Positions 8,554 through 19,424 of a stretch of DNA of 47,969 nucleotides are shown here, piece after piece. The DNA lies in assembly GCA_026014495.1 (NCBI GenBank), contig JAOZIF010000021.1:33249-81217 (forward strand), written 5' to 3'. The position numbers and the translations under genes were made by a program. The notes under the pieces are model-generated. The model saw nothing but the letters and a program-made list of their open reading frames with translations. It was not told where the DNA came from and made no database searches. Each line of letters starts with the position of its first letter. The stretch's first letter is position 1. The DNA is from Candidatus Bathyarchaeum sp. Its GTDB lineage: Archaea > Thermoproteota > Bathyarchaeia > Bathyarchaeales > Bathyarchaeaceae.

Positions 8554-10707
8554 ATGGAAATAACAGTGTCGTTCTTTTTAGGCAAACAACAGGGAACCGA
8601 AACAAAGGTTGAATTACCTGTAGAAGCTCTTCACAGACACTTGATGGCGCTTGGAGCCAGCGGCTCAGGCAAAACTGTGCTCTGCAAATGCATTATGGAA
8701 GAAGCGATACGTCATGACATTCCACTGGTCATAGTTGACCCTCAAGGCGACATTTCTTCTCTTGCCCTAAAAGGAGACCCTGAAGAACTGGAGCGCCATG
8801 GAATACCTTTGAGTATACAGGAAGAGTACTTCGAAAAGGCGCGAGTAGCAATATTTACGCCTGCAAGCAGCAAAGGTATCCCCATCAGCGTTAATCCGCT
8901 CTCGTTTCCATCAGAAGACACTCCCCACGAAGAAGCTATTCTAGCCATTGACTTGACGGCTACTTCACTTTCAAGCTTTCTTGGATACGACCTATCTTCA
9001 GATGCTGGAAAAGGAGCTAAAGCATACCTGTTCACAATTCTGGAGTATTTGTGGCGCAAAGGCGAAACAATCAGGGATATGGGGCACATGGCTGAAATCG
9101 TTCTAAAACCGCCTACAGAAATTGCTGATACGCTGCAGAGTTTTGTTACAAAACGGGAGCCACAAGAGATTGCCCGTAAACTAAGGTTTCTTACTGTGGG
9201 AACGCCTTCACTCATGTTTCAGAAGGGAGTGCAAATCGACATGGACATGTTCATGGACAAGAGCGATGGAAAGGTGCCGCTCAACATTATTTACATGAAC
9301 ACTCTTAGTTCCACAAACGACAAACAGTTCTTTTTAGCTACCCTTCTAAGGGAACTTTATTGCTGGATGCTAAAAAATCCCTCAGAGGATATCCAGTTGC
9401 TCTTTTACGTAGACGAGATTGCTCCATACATTCCGCCTTATCCACGAAATCCTCCCCCTAAAGAGGCATACGCCTTTTTGTTTAAGCAGGCACGAAAATA
9501 TGGAGTTGGACTTGTAGCAGCCACCCAAAACATAACAGACATTGACTACAAAGCCCTTGCACAGGTTAACACTTGGTGTTTGGGGAGAATGATGACCCAG
9601 CAAGACATCGCACGAGTAAAACAAATCATCCAATCAATAGACCCCACACACGCCGAAACTGTTCTGCAAAAACTTCCAAGCCTTCGAACAGGAGAATTTC
9701 TTATGCTGTCTCCAGACGTTTACGATGACGTAGTGAACTTTCAGGTCAGATGGCTAGTAACTGAGCACAAGACACTTGATGAACAAGAAATCCCCGCCTC
9801 GATATCTGCTGAAACAAAACAGTTCTTCAACAAGTTCCAAACCCCAGTGCAACAAAAAAAGCAAAAGTCAGTAAAGACCACCCAACAGACCCTTGTTCCA
9901 GAAAAATCGCTTACAGAACGAATAAAACTACTGCTCAACTCGGTCAGACAAAGCGTCTCCGCAGAATACATTGCAACAAACCTGAATGTGCTTGTTAAAG
10001 ACGTTGAAAAGGCACTTAACTCGCTTGTCAGAACCAAAGATGTAAAGAAAAGCAAAGTAAAAGGCGACGAAGAATACCTGTACTGGCTATCCAAATTCGG
10101 CTTTGAGCCATCCAAGAACGTTCTGGGAGAAGTTTTAGCTGTTCCTACACGAATAACTCAAGTTGAAGCATTTAAGAAAGCTAAAACATGGCTAGAAGGG
10201 GGATTCTTTAGCAAAAAAGAAGAATTTTATGATGCAAGCTTTTCTCACATGCCCCTCTGGAAGGTTACTGCAACTCGCAAAGCAAAACATCTTTTCTTTT
10301 TCAGAAAAGAAGAAGTGGACACTTACTACTTAAGCGCAACAACAGGGGCAATGGTTTCTCTTGAAAAAGATGCAATGCTGTTTCAGAAGGTGATGACAAA
10401 GAGTGCCGGAAAACTCAAAGACTTAGATGATGACGAAGACATCACGTTTATTCCACGGCTTCCCAAGGAAATTCCCCGAATACCTAAAGTAAAGATGGGA
10501 CGAGACAAAGTTTACTCGATATTAAGATTAACGTTAGGCGTTATCCCTGTATCTTCTGAACTTGTTTTGTTGCCCGTGTGGACCCTAAAAGTAAGGCATA
10601 AAAAGAAACAGAAAAAACGTACAATAATACTTGACGCCGCTACAGGACGCAGAATAGGTGGACAATTTCGACAAAGCCGCCGCTCTACAAAAAAGACCAA
10701 AAAATAA
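8554..10707 (+). CDS. HerA/FtsK-superfamily ATPase (DUF87-type) with a C-terminal wHTH-like region and an uncharacterised tail
   Basis: Walker A GASGSGKT, Walker B LLFYVDE and ARKYGVGLVAATQ. Confidence 0.85.
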   Translation: MEITVSFFLGKQQGTETKVELPVEALHRHLMALGASGSGKTVLCKCIMEEAIRHDIPLVIVDPQGDISSLALKGDPEELERHGIPLSIQEEYFEKARVAIFTPASSKGIPISVNPLSFPSEDTPHEEAILAIDLTATSLSSFLGYDLSSDAGKGAKAYLFTILEYLWRKGETIRDMGHMAEIVLKPPTEIADTLQSFVTKREPQEIARKLRFLTVGTPSLMFQKGVQIDMDMFMDKSDGKVPLNIIYMNTLSSTNDKQFFLATLLRELYCWMLKNPSEDIQLLFYVDEIAPYIPPYPRNPPPKEAYAFLFKQARKYGVGLVAATQNITDIDYKALAQVNTWCLGRMMTQQDIARVKQIIQSIDPTHAETVLQKLPSLRTGEFLMLSPDVYDDVVNFQVRWLVTEHKTLDEQEIPASISAETKQFFNKFQTPVQQKKQKSVKTTQQTLVPEKSLTERIKLLLNSVRQSVSAEYIATNLNVLVKDVEKALNSLVRTKDVKKSKVKGDEEYLYWLSKFGFEPSKNVLGEVLAVPTRITQVEAFKKAKTWLEGGFFSKKEEFYDASFSHMPLWKVTATRKAKHLFFFRKEEVDTYYLSATTGAMVSLEKDAMLFQKVMTKSAGKLKDLDDDEDITFIPRLPKEIPRIPKVKMGRDKVYSILRLTLGVIPVSSELVLLPVWTLKVRHKKKQKKRTIILDAATGRRIGGQFRQSRRSTKKTKK

Positions 10708-10750
10708 ACAACAGCTATAAGCCTTTTTGTATAATTAAACCATCAGTTAA

Positions 10751-10933
10751 ATGGAGCCAAAAACCTTGAATGCTGAAGATGAATTGATTTCTAAACTTAA
10801 AACAGAAATAGGCAAAACCGTTCCAGCCATGTTCGCAGGGATGGCAGAGGACATGATGGAAAAGAACAAATCGGTAATCATCAATTGGCTAAAAGAAAAC
10901 AAGGACTTAGTGAAGCAAGTAATTGAAGACTAG
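10751..10933 (+). CDS. Small helical hypothetical protein (60 aa)
   Basis: Fills the gap after the ATPase on the same strand, has an amphipathic helical pattern and no competing ORF. Confidence 0.6.
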   Translation: MEPKTLNAEDELISKLKTEIGKTVPAMFAGMAEDMMEKNKSVIINWLKENKDLVKQVIED

Positions 10934-11020
10934 TTGGAGTTTTTGGTAGTTATCTTTTGAGATGTTTGCCTTTTTGTATTTATTTTAATTATATTTTTGG
11001 CGCATTATATGCATTCTTTG

Positions 11021-13315
11021 TTATTCGTTTTTCCATAAGAACACTGCTGCGGCTGCTACGGCTACCATTACTACAAGTATTATTATAATCACGTAAAACA
11101 GCGGGAATTCTTCGGGCAACTTTGCTGTTACGGTTATTTGGTGTGTGCCTGTGTTGCCTGAAGCGTCTTTGACTGTTAGCGCAACTGTGTATTCGCCTTC
11201 GGCAGTATAGGTGTGAGTTGTTGTTTCGCCTGTGCCTGTAGAGTTGTCTCCAAAGTCCCATTCATAGCTGACTATGGCTAGATTGTCGCTGGACGCGCTA
11301 GCGTTGAACGTTACGGGCATGTCTACAGTTACTGTTTGGTCTTGTCCAGCGTCGGCTGTAGGCTTGGTGGTGTCTAATATGATGGTGTCTGTGTATGATT
11401 CTGAAACCAGACCAGCGTTGTCCTTGAACTGCACATAAACTGTTCGTGTTCCACCAGTAGCTACTAGAGTCCACGCTTTAGACGTTGAATATGTTTCCCA
11501 ACTGCTCCATTCTATGTCACTATTACTAAATCGCATCTGAGAAATACCTGAAACATCATCATCTCCAGACAGTGTCAAATTTATGGACACCAAGTTTGTG
11601 TATGTTGCATCGTCATTAATCAGAACAGACCCAAAAGGAACCGTCTTGTCCAACTTCACAGTTTCAGTTTTTGTTGCTTCAACATTCCCAGCTTGGTCTA
11701 TTGACCTGTAGTAAACTACGGTAGCTTCTTCATCTGTGATTTCAAAGGGGGCAGTATAAATGTCCCATGCGCTGTTGTCTAAGTTGTATTCTGTTCGATC
11801 AACTTCAGAAACTGCATCAGATGAGAGCAGTGACACTGTAACATCTGATGTAAACCATCCATCTGTTCCTTGTGTGCCATCTAAATTAATCGAAGAAACA
11901 GGAGACGACTTGTCCAACTTTATTCCAGATACTGTATTTACTGGCTCCTCGTTTCCTGCAACATCAACACTCCAGTACTCCAAAATATTGTTTGCACCTT
12001 CAGTAGTGATGAATGGGTAGCCATCAGCACTAACTGTCTTTGTTGCACCACCATTAATTCGATAATATGTTTCTGCAACACCGCTTTCTTGGTCAGAAGC
12101 AGTCAAAAGTATGGGAATGTTTGCTTTATACCATAAGTCTTCATAGTCGTCAACTGTGCTCGGAGCCGTTTCATCTTGAACAACACTTACACTTTTTGTG
12201 GTGCTGCTTGTAAAGCCATGCTCATCAGTAACTGTCAACGTCACATCATAACTGCCTGAAGCATCATACGTGTATTGGATTGACGTAGAATCGGTTCGAA
12301 TAGTTACTCCATCACCAAAATCCCAAGCATATTCAGCACTTACACTGTATGTACCATAGTAGCTTGCTGTTGCTTGAAGAGTTAATTCTTCATTTACATA
12401 AACCACAGCAGGAGAATAGTCGAAATTAACAATGATTGGAAGTGTGGGTGCATCTGGGTGCGGTTCCGTTAGAATTGGCAAATATTCTATTGCTCCAGGA
12501 CTATTGATGTCATCATTTGCATCATAAATCAGTGAATCGATTAAATCTGTGTTTGATGTTCCCCAATAGTTTTCTATCGCGTTGATTGCTGCGTGATTAC
12601 CCCCATTTTGCTGTATGAAAATTCCACTTGGGTCAACAAACGAATTGTAATTAACGATAAATTCTGTACTATTGCGATTCGAAATACAATCCAAAAAGGT
12701 GTCTTTGTTTCCTTTAACAAGATTATATCTGATGTAGTATCTCAAAGCAGGTGCGCTTGTGTCTTCCCACCAATCATATAAGGTAAAGCCAGCTGTGTTC
12801 ATGAAGATGTTGAATTCAATATAGTTGTCTGTTTTTGTCTGACTGAACTGCGAATAGCTTGTAATATTTACCAGTTCAGAATAACGCAAGATAACTTGTG
12901 CATTACCCCCAGTAATCTGCCATAATCTACCCCCATCTTTAATTACACAATACTCAAAATCAAAAATAGCACTGCGTGCTTCAGCGTTAAAGAAGGTTGT
13001 TGCTCCATTACCGTTAAAAGAAATTTTGTTGTCAACTGTTCCGTGGGCAAAGATTGTTCCATGTACCAAAAACATGTCACCATCTCCTGCAAAATTCACT
13101 GTTACGCCAGACTGGATAGTGAGCACGACGCCTTCTGGTATTTGAACAGTAGTTGTTATGAGGTAGGGGCTGTTTTCTAGGGTCCATGTTGTGTCGGAAT
13201 TTATTATGCCCCCAACCTCTGTGTAGTCTTGTGCGGTGCAAAAGTTCACGTTAAAACCTAAAACAAATCCACTAACAAGTAGTAAAATTAAGAGCTTACC
13301 TGACCCGAATTTCAT
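11021..13315 (-). CDS. Cell-surface protein: signal peptide, beta-helix-like N-domain, PKD, Ig-like repeats, PKD, C-terminal TM
   Basis: PKD motifs YAWDFGDG and YEWDFGD..GETTTHTYTAEGEYTVALTV. Repeats ending YWSVDVAGNEE, YYRSIDQAGNVE and YVQFKDNAGLVS. C-terminal hydrophobic anchor. Confidence 0.88.
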   Translation of the reverse strand: MKFGSGKLLILLLVSGFVLGFNVNFCTAQDYTEVGGIINSDTTWTLENSPYLITTTVQIPEGVVLTIQSGVTVNFAGDGDMFLVHGTIFAHGTVDNKISFNGNGATTFFNAEARSAIFDFEYCVIKDGGRLWQITGGNAQVILRYSELVNITSYSQFSQTKTDNYIEFNIFMNTAGFTLYDWWEDTSAPALRYYIRYNLVKGNKDTFLDCISNRNSTEFIVNYNSFVDPSGIFIQQNGGNHAAINAIENYWGTSNTDLIDSLIYDANDDINSPGAIEYLPILTEPHPDAPTLPIIVNFDYSPAVVYVNEELTLQATASYYGTYSVSAEYAWDFGDGVTIRTDSTSIQYTYDASGSYDVTLTVTDEHGFTSSTTKSVSVVQDETAPSTVDDYEDLWYKANIPILLTASDQESGVAETYYRINGGATKTVSADGYPFITTEGANNILEYWSVDVAGNEEPVNTVSGIKLDKSSPVSSINLDGTQGTDGWFTSDVTVSLLSSDAVSEVDRTEYNLDNSAWDIYTAPFEITDEEATVVYYRSIDQAGNVEATKTETVKLDKTVPFGSVLINDDATYTNLVSINLTLSGDDDVSGISQMRFSNSDIEWSSWETYSTSKAWTLVATGGTRTVYVQFKDNAGLVSESYTDTIILDTTKPTADAGQDQTVTVDMPVTFNASASSDNLAIVSYEWDFGDNSTGTGETTTHTYTAEGEYTVALTVKDASGNTGTHQITVTAKLPEEFPLFYVIIIILVVMVAVAAAAVFLWKNE

Positions 13316-13536
13316 CTGTTCAGACCCCAGACATAATATGTATTTTTTTGGGTGTTTATTCCTTTTGCTCTTTACTCGCTTTCAAATAACAAAATTCAAA
13401 TTCAAACTATATTCAACACATACTAAATAAATGCACTAAAATAACGTAACTAAAGCATAATTGAATTTTCAGTCTGCAGATAAAAGTTTAATATACTACT
13501 AGCAAACATGCAAATTAATACTAGGAGATAAAAAAA

Positions 13537-13776
13537 ATGAATGAATCTTTAGTAAAATTTGTAGAGGGCTTTTCCAAGAATCAACTTATAGGATACTTCC
13601 TGTTACTATGGGCTGCAACATTTCTTTTCAGTTCAATAAGTGGCTTCATATGGCTAGCAGAAGGATACGGTTCTATACTTGACGTCATAGTTGATGGCCT
13701 TTGGAATTTAGCAGACTTAGGCTGCGCTGCCGTTCTTGCAATGCTGGGACTAAAAATCCTAAACAACCAAGAATAA
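13537..13776 (+). CDS. Small 2-TM membrane protein
   Basis: GGAGA SD-like element before the ATG and two hydrophobic segments. Confidence 0.7.
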   Translation: MNESLVKFVEGFSKNQLIGYFLLLWAATFLFSSISGFIWLAEGYGSILDVIVDGLWNLADLGCAAVLAMLGLKILNNQE

Positions 13777-13900
13777 ACTAATGAAACCTTTTTGCGTTTC
13801 ATTTCTTTCTACTTTTTTAAAGCATAACTTTTGAGGGTACATTGTTTTCGTGGTTTAGGCTCTTGAACTGCAGAAAACCATATTATTCAATGCACAAACA

Positions 13901-14335
13901 TCAAAGCAGGTCTGATTCTACCTGACTTAGCTCTAGCTTTGCTTTCACAAGTTTTTCATACAAAGCCGCAACTTTAGCGGCATCTTTGCTGACAACTGCC
14001 TTCAGAAGGTCACCCTCGATTTCAGCCACTTCTAAACGCTGATAATAATCTAGCGATTCCTTAAAGTGTGCAAACACGATTTTTCCCGTTAATATGGGAT
14101 GGTTATTGGTAACGTTTGCTTCAGGAAAACGAATTCCATGTTCAAGTTCAACTTCAAGTCCTAACTTAAAATCTTCAAGCCTGATTTTCAGGTCTCCAGT
14201 TTCAAGCTCAGCCAATACTGCTTTAGCCTCTTCAGGTAACACTTCAGCCTTTTTTAGTAAAGTCCAGTCTCTGATTTTAAGTTCAGCACAGACTCTTTTT
14301 ACTTCCTGTACAGAAACATATTCTGGGAGTTTCAT
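13901..14335 (-). CDS. DUF5661-like protein
   Basis: FKLGLEVELEHG...NVTNNHPILTGKIVFAHFKESLDYYQRL matches the recalled family pattern. Confidence 0.7.
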   Translation of the reverse strand: MKLPEYVSVQEVKRVCAELKIRDWTLLKKAEVLPEEAKAVLAELETGDLKIRLEDFKLGLEVELEHGIRFPEANVTNNHPILTGKIVFAHFKESLDYYQRLEVAEIEGDLLKAVVSKDAAKVAALYEKLVKAKLELSQVESDLL

Positions 14336-14666
14336 ACAAAATCACTACTAAACAATTTGTTTCGCAACAAATTAAAGAGTTGCCATCTAGACTGCATGAA
14401 TCACTCAGGTTAGGTTAGTGTTAGCTTAACCAAATTTTTGTCTCAACAAATCAGGAGATGCCCATTTTGTCACCGAACAGCATTCACACTTCGCAATTAC
14501 TCGCATTTTTACTCAAATCTTAATGAATCACTGTATCAGATTCCTACATAGTAAGGTTAATAGGTCAGCTTATCGTCTAGCATGCTAGTTCACATTCCAA
14601 AAGTGTAGGGATTCCCCTTCACACTGTGAAAGAATATATCAGCAAGACTTTAGGAGATAAAAAACA

Positions 14667-14933
14667 ATGGGAAAGATAATTATTGTTTACAAAATTTTTC
14701 CAACAGAATCAACAATTGACCTTGAAGTGTTGAAAGAAAAAATAACAAAGCAATTATCAGATATTGCTTCAATAAAACGATTTGCTGAAGAACCCATAGC
14801 TTTCGGGCTATGTGCACTGAAAGTCAACATGGTTCTAGAGGAAAAAGAAGGAATTGCAGACGAAACAGAAAAAAGAATGGCCGCCATTGAAGGAGTCGGT
14901 CAAATACAGACCTTGGGATTAACTAGGCTCTAG
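14667..14933 (+). CDS. ef1b: Translation elongation factor aEF-1beta
   Basis: 88 aa; [11 protein letters not shown] and [11 protein letters not shown]; GGAGA upstream. Confidence 0.95.
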   Translation: MGKIIIVYKIFPTESTIDLEVLKEKITKQLSDIASIKRFAEEPIAFGLCALKVNMVLEEKEGIADETEKRMAAIEGVGQIQTLGLTRL

Positions 14934-15012
14934 TTTCGTCAAAGCTTATATACGAATGGCTTCCTTCGAAAAACGTGAAGCTTCACGATCACACACAAAG
15001 GAAGGAAAACAA

Positions 15013-17184
15013 GTGAGCGAAGTACAACTTAGAGTAGAAGACGCTAGACAGCGTGACGTTTATCGTGGAATCGCCCGAATTGACCAGCCAACCATGCAAA
15101 AACTGGGAATTTCAGCGGGCGACGTAATCGAAATTACTGGAAAAAGAAAAACCGCAGCCATAGCATGGCCTGCATATTCTGAAGACCAAAACAGAGACAT
15201 AATCCGAATTGATGGATTCACACGCAAAAACGCGGGAGTTGCAATGCACGAAGTAGTTGTAATTCGTCCAGCACAAGTAACAAACGCAACAACCGTAGTT
15301 CTAGCCCCAATAGACATGAAACTAAACGTTGATGACGACTTCACAAACTTTGTGAAAAACAGGCTTATGGAAAGAACATTCGTGGAGGGCGACACAACAC
15401 TAGTCATGATGCTGGGACATGCCATACCCTTCAGAGTAACCAAATCACGTCCACATGGAATCGTGAGAATCGGTCACGGCACAAGCGTTCAAATCTTAGC
15501 TGAACCCGCCCCTGAAACAGAAGGATTACCACGTACCACCTATGAGGACATAGGCGGACTTCATGAGGAAATTCAGCGAATCCGAGAGATGGTTGAACTC
15601 CCATTACGTCACCCAGAGCTATTCCAAAGGCTTGGAATCGAACCCCCAAAAGGCGTATTGCTCCATGGTCCACCTGGATGTGGAAAAACCCTTCTAGCTC
15701 GTGCAGTTGCAAACGAGTCAGAGGCAAACTTTTACTCAATTAATGGCCCAGAGATAATGAGCAAATTTTACGGCGAATCTGAAGCAAGACTCCGTGAAAT
15801 GTTCCAGCAGGCTCAGAAAAATGCTCCAAGCATAGTCTTTATCGATGAGCTTGACGCTATTGCACCTAAACGAGAAGAGGTAACTGGAGAAGTTGAAAGA
15901 CGAGTTGTGGCTCAGCTTCTCGCTTTGATGGATGGACTTTCAGGAAGAGGCTACCTTATTGTTATAGGCGCTACAAACAGGCCTGAGGCGCTTGACCCTG
16001 CTTTGAGACGTCCTGGACGCTTTGACCGAGAAATTGAGATAGGTGTACCTGACCAAAAAGGACGCTTTGAAGTGCTTCAGATTCACACTAGAGGCATGCC
16101 GCTAAAAGACGATGTTGACATGGAAAAGTTAGCCAAGATGTCTCATGGTTACACGGGCGCAGATTTGTCTTCTTTGGGACGAGAAACCGCCATGAAAGCA
16201 TTACGCAGATACCTCCCAGAAATAAACTTGGAAGAAGAGCGTATTCCTCCTAGTGTTCTAGAGAAAATGGAGGTTCGAATGGAAGACTTCTTGAATGCTT
16301 ACAGGGAAATCACGCCCACAGCCATGAGGGAAGTTTACATAGAAGTTCCTAGTGTTCACTGGACTGAAATAGGCGGTTTAGACGAAATAAAAGAGGATAT
16401 CAGAGAAGCTGTTGAGTGGCCACTCAAGAATCCTGAGGTTTTCATTCGCATGGGCATACGACCCCCAAAGGGCATTATGCTCTATGGACCTCCCGGATGC
16501 GGAAAGACTTTGCTGGCCAGAGCAGTTGCCACAGAAAGTGAAGCAAACTTCATAACAATAAAGGGTCCAGAAGTCTTTTCTAAGTGGGTAGGCGAATCAG
16601 AGAAGGCTATTAGGGAAGTTTTCAGGAAAGCGCGGATGGCTTCTCCAACGGTCATATTCTTTGACGAGTTTGATTCCCTAGTTCCTGGAAGAGGCATGGG
16701 TTACACAGACAGTGGCGTTACAGAACGTGTCATCAGCCAACTTCTAACCGAGATGGATGGGTTAGTCTCGTTGGAGGATGTTGTTATTATCGCTGCAACA
16801 AACAGACCTGACATTGTGGACCCTGCGATTCTTCGACCTGGAAGGTTTGACCGCTTGATTTACGTTCCAGAACCTGACCAAGATAGCAGGCTAAAAATCT
16901 TCAAAATATACACTGAAAAAATGCCGCTGGCAAAAGATGTGGATTTGCCGCAGTTAGTTATTTTGACAAAGAAGTATTCAGGTGCAGACATCGAGGCGCT
17001 TTGTAGAGAGGCTGGACTAAATGCGTTACGGCGGGACATTAATGCTAAGGAAGTTGATGCGACTGACTTTAAGAAAGCTATTGAGAAGATTGGTCCGTCT
17101 ATAATGCCTAACATGGAGAGTTGGTATAAGAGCTTCATGAAGCATGTTCGCCAGTTGAAAAAGTCCACTACGCCTGTGGCTTAG
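15013..17184 (+). CDS. cdc48: Cdc48/VAT AAA+ ATPase
   Basis: N-domain followed by two AAA modules (GPPGCGKT twice, IDELD and FDEFD, RPGRFDR twice). Likely start is GTG 15013; the ORF extends to 14956. Confidence 0.97.
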   Translation: MSEVQLRVEDARQRDVYRGIARIDQPTMQKLGISAGDVIEITGKRKTAAIAWPAYSEDQNRDIIRIDGFTRKNAGVAMHEVVVIRPAQVTNATTVVLAPIDMKLNVDDDFTNFVKNRLMERTFVEGDTTLVMMLGHAIPFRVTKSRPHGIVRIGHGTSVQILAEPAPETEGLPRTTYEDIGGLHEEIQRIREMVELPLRHPELFQRLGIEPPKGVLLHGPPGCGKTLLARAVANESEANFYSINGPEIMSKFYGESEARLREMFQQAQKNAPSIVFIDELDAIAPKREEVTGEVERRVVAQLLALMDGLSGRGYLIVIGATNRPEALDPALRRPGRFDREIEIGVPDQKGRFEVLQIHTRGMPLKDDVDMEKLAKMSHGYTGADLSSLGRETAMKALRRYLPEINLEEERIPPSVLEKMEVRMEDFLNAYREITPTAMREVYIEVPSVHWTEIGGLDEIKEDIREAVEWPLKNPEVFIRMGIRPPKGIMLYGPPGCGKTLLARAVATESEANFITIKGPEVFSKWVGESEKAIREVFRKARMASPTVIFFDEFDSLVPGRGMGYTDSGVTERVISQLLTEMDGLVSLEDVVIIAATNRPDIVDPAILRPGRFDRLIYVPEPDQDSRLKIFKIYTEKMPLAKDVDLPQLVILTKKYSGADIEALCREAGLNALRRDINAKEVDATDFKKAIEKIGPSIMPNMESWYKSFMKHVRQLKKSTTPVA

Positions 17185-17209
17185 TTTGGTTTAGGAGTGA
17201 AGGATTGAA

Positions 17210-17443
17210 ATGATGAAAACTTGGAAGTCTCATCCTCTGTATACGCAGATAAAGGAGCTTTTGGAGCGGAAGGGTCCAATGACAGATGCGGATTTGTTTG
17301 ATTTAGTGAAGGGAACTCATGAAGGCGTAGGATTCAGTGAACTAAACAAGACTCTGATGAGGATGGAGATTGAAGGTCTCATATATGTGTCAGAGCGCAC
17401 AAAAGGGAAAAGAAGAGTTGAATTAACTGAACCGAGCAAATAG
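17210..17443 (+). CDS. Small winged-helix protein
   Basis: 77 aa; IKELLERKGPMTDADLF...ELNKTLMRMEIEGLIYV followed by a beta wing. Lies between cdc48 and fen1. Confidence 0.75.
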   Translation: MMKTWKSHPLYTQIKELLERKGPMTDADLFDLVKGTHEGVGFSELNKTLMRMEIEGLIYVSERTKGKRRVELTEPSK

Positions 17444-17504
17444 TTGCTCTTAAGTTTCTTCTCTTCTTTGGGTGCCTTTAACCAGTGTCTGGTGGCGCAG
17501 AGCT

Positions 17505-18539
17505 TTGGGTGTAAATTTAAGGACGTTGGTGTCTAAAACAAAGGTTGATTTCAAGAGTCTGAGTGGGAAATCTGTAGCTATTGATGCGTATAATGCTCTT
17601 TATCAGTTTTTGGCGATAATTCGTCAGCCAGATGGAACGCCATTAAAGGATTATTCTGGCAGGATAACTAGTCATTTGAGTGGGTTATTTTATCGAACTG
17701 CTAATCTAGTTGAGATGGGTGTAAAGGTTGCTTATGTTTTTGATGGGGTGCCGCCTGCTCTTAAAGAGGCTGAGATTAAACGGCGAGCCAAAGTCAAGGC
17801 TGAGGCTCTGGTGAAGTATGAGCAGGCTGTGCGGGAAGGAAAAATGGAGAAGGCTCGAAGTTATGCTCAGATGACTTCTAAGCTTAAGGATTACATGCCT
17901 GAAGATTCGAAGCGGCTGCTCACGGAGTTGGGTGTTCCTTGGATTCAAGCGCCGTCTGAAGGCGAATCCCAAGCTGCTTACATGACAACAAAGGGCGATG
18001 CTGACTACTGTGGTAGCCAAGATTATGATAGTTTGCTTTTTGGTGCAACTGCTCTGGTGAGAAATGTGACTGTAAGTGGTAGGCGCAAGGTTCCGCGAAA
18101 GCGTGTTTATGTTGAAGTTGTGCCTGAGGTCATGAAGCTAGAGCAGGTGCTCAAAGAGCTTGAGATTACGCGTGAGCAGCTCATAGATGTGGCTATGCTT
18201 GTGGGCACAGACTTTAATCCTGATGGTGTGAAGGGTGTTGGACCCAAGACTGCTTTGAAACTGATAAAAAAGCATGGAAGCATCGAGGATGTGTTGCCTA
18301 GGCTGGAAGATGTAGAGTTTAATGCTGACCCTAACGAGATTCGGAAAATCTTTTTGCATCCAAAAGTTACGGATAACTATCAGCTGGAATGGAAAGCACC
18401 TAATGTTGATGGTGTTATAGATTTTCTTTGTCGTGAAAGAGACTTTTCAGAAGACAGGGTACGTAAAGCACTAGCTAGAATGAGCGCAGGAATAAAGGAG
18501 TCGAAGAGCAAAACAACTCTTGAGTCATGGTTTGGGTAA
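17505..18539 (+). CDS. fen1: Flap endonuclease 1
   Basis: TTG start giving MGVNL; AIDAYNALYQFL, EGESQAA, SQDYDSLLFG, VGTDFN and the C-terminal PIP box KTTLESWF. Confidence 0.97.
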   Translation: MGVNLRTLVSKTKVDFKSLSGKSVAIDAYNALYQFLAIIRQPDGTPLKDYSGRITSHLSGLFYRTANLVEMGVKVAYVFDGVPPALKEAEIKRRAKVKAEALVKYEQAVREGKMEKARSYAQMTSKLKDYMPEDSKRLLTELGVPWIQAPSEGESQAAYMTTKGDADYCGSQDYDSLLFGATALVRNVTVSGRRKVPRKRVYVEVVPEVMKLEQVLKELEITREQLIDVAMLVGTDFNPDGVKGVGPKTALKLIKKHGSIEDVLPRLEDVEFNADPNEIRKIFLHPKVTDNYQLEWKAPNVDGVIDFLCRERDFSEDRVRKALARMSAGIKESKSKTTLESWFG

Positions 18540-18545
18540 ATCTAG

Positions 18546-19253
18546 CTATTGCTGCTGGAAGCCATGCTTACCAATTAAGGGCACAAATGCGACTCCGCCC
18601 AAGTTTTCCGTAATCAGTTTGCCGTTAATCTTTCTGACTCTGACCAATGTTTGATAGAATTGGGCGCCGCCCACAGGAACAAGAAGAACTCCATCATCTT
18701 TTAGTTGTTCAACCAAGGGTTCTGGGACTTGTGGACCAGCCGCTGCAACTATTATGCGGTTATATGGTGCTTGTTCGGGGTAACCTAAAGTTCCGTCTTG
18801 GTGAATTACTGTAACTCGGTCGGCGTAGCCTGCTTTTTCAAGGTTGTCTTTGGCGAATGCAGCTAACTCGGGTATTCTTTCCACGGTGTAAACGTGACCC
18901 CATTTTGTTTTAGGTGCGTCTGAGGGTGCCACTATTTCTGCTATGGTTGCGGCGTGCCAGCCACAGCCTGCACCTACTTCTAGTACTGTGTGTCCAACTT
19001 TTAGTTCGAGGGCTTCATCCATTATGGATACCATGTTTCGCCTAGTTGACCGCACGTGTCAACCAAGAGGCGCAGAAGCTGTTTGCCCCGAACCTATCGG
19101 AAGCGGACAATCCAATGCTGCATTCGCTTTCACGTTTTTGGGAACAAACGATTCACGCGGAACCCTCCGCAACGCCCTAATAACATCAGGTGACCCAAGA
19201 ACACCACTACTAACCAATTTTTGAATCAAAACATCCCAAGACTGCCGACCCAT
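18546..19253 (-). CDS. pcm: Protein-L-isoaspartate O-methyltransferase, split by a 30-nt BHB intron (exons 19253-19067 and 19036-18546; 225 aa spliced)
   Basis: The two ORF-track pieces are in the same frame. Motifs VPRESF, PLPIG.GQT.SAP[H]M, VLEVGAGCG, DGTLGY, PYNRIIVAAA and VAFVPL. Confidence 0.92.
19037..19066 (-). other. Putative bulge-helix-bulge mRNA intron (30 nt, phase 1, contains an in-frame UGA)
   Basis: mRNA reads GCGCCUC|UUGGUUGACACGUGCGGUCAACUAGGCGAA|ACAUG. Central helix CGCC/GGCG, 3-nt bulges UCU and AAA, 8-bp intron stem UGGUUGAC/GUCAACUA. Cutting after the second bulge nucleotide on each side gives GCG CCU CAC AUG = A-P-H-M. Confidence 0.85.
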
Positions 19254-19424
19254 ACAACACCCCATTAAAATATGTACACACAAGAGCCTTAAAGTTTAAC
19301 CAAAAACAACTGACGTGCCCATACGAACGGTTAACAGGTGGTAAAAATGGGGGTATACGATTTTTTGTTCCCACGCACAAAGGGTACCAAAATGAATTGG
19401 AATGTTATCCACTTAAACTATTGT

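Noticed and set aside
14340-14660. Zn-ribbon gene often found upstream of aEF-1beta
   Set aside because: Only isolated fragments (CPFC, GNPYT) in incompatible frames or strands; no coherent ORF.
19059-19061. UGA in pcm as selenocysteine or readthrough, or pcm as a pseudogene
   Set aside because: Readthrough would leave 10 extra residues in the SAPHM motif and no His before Met. The rest of the gene is intact, and BHB excision restores the motif exactly.
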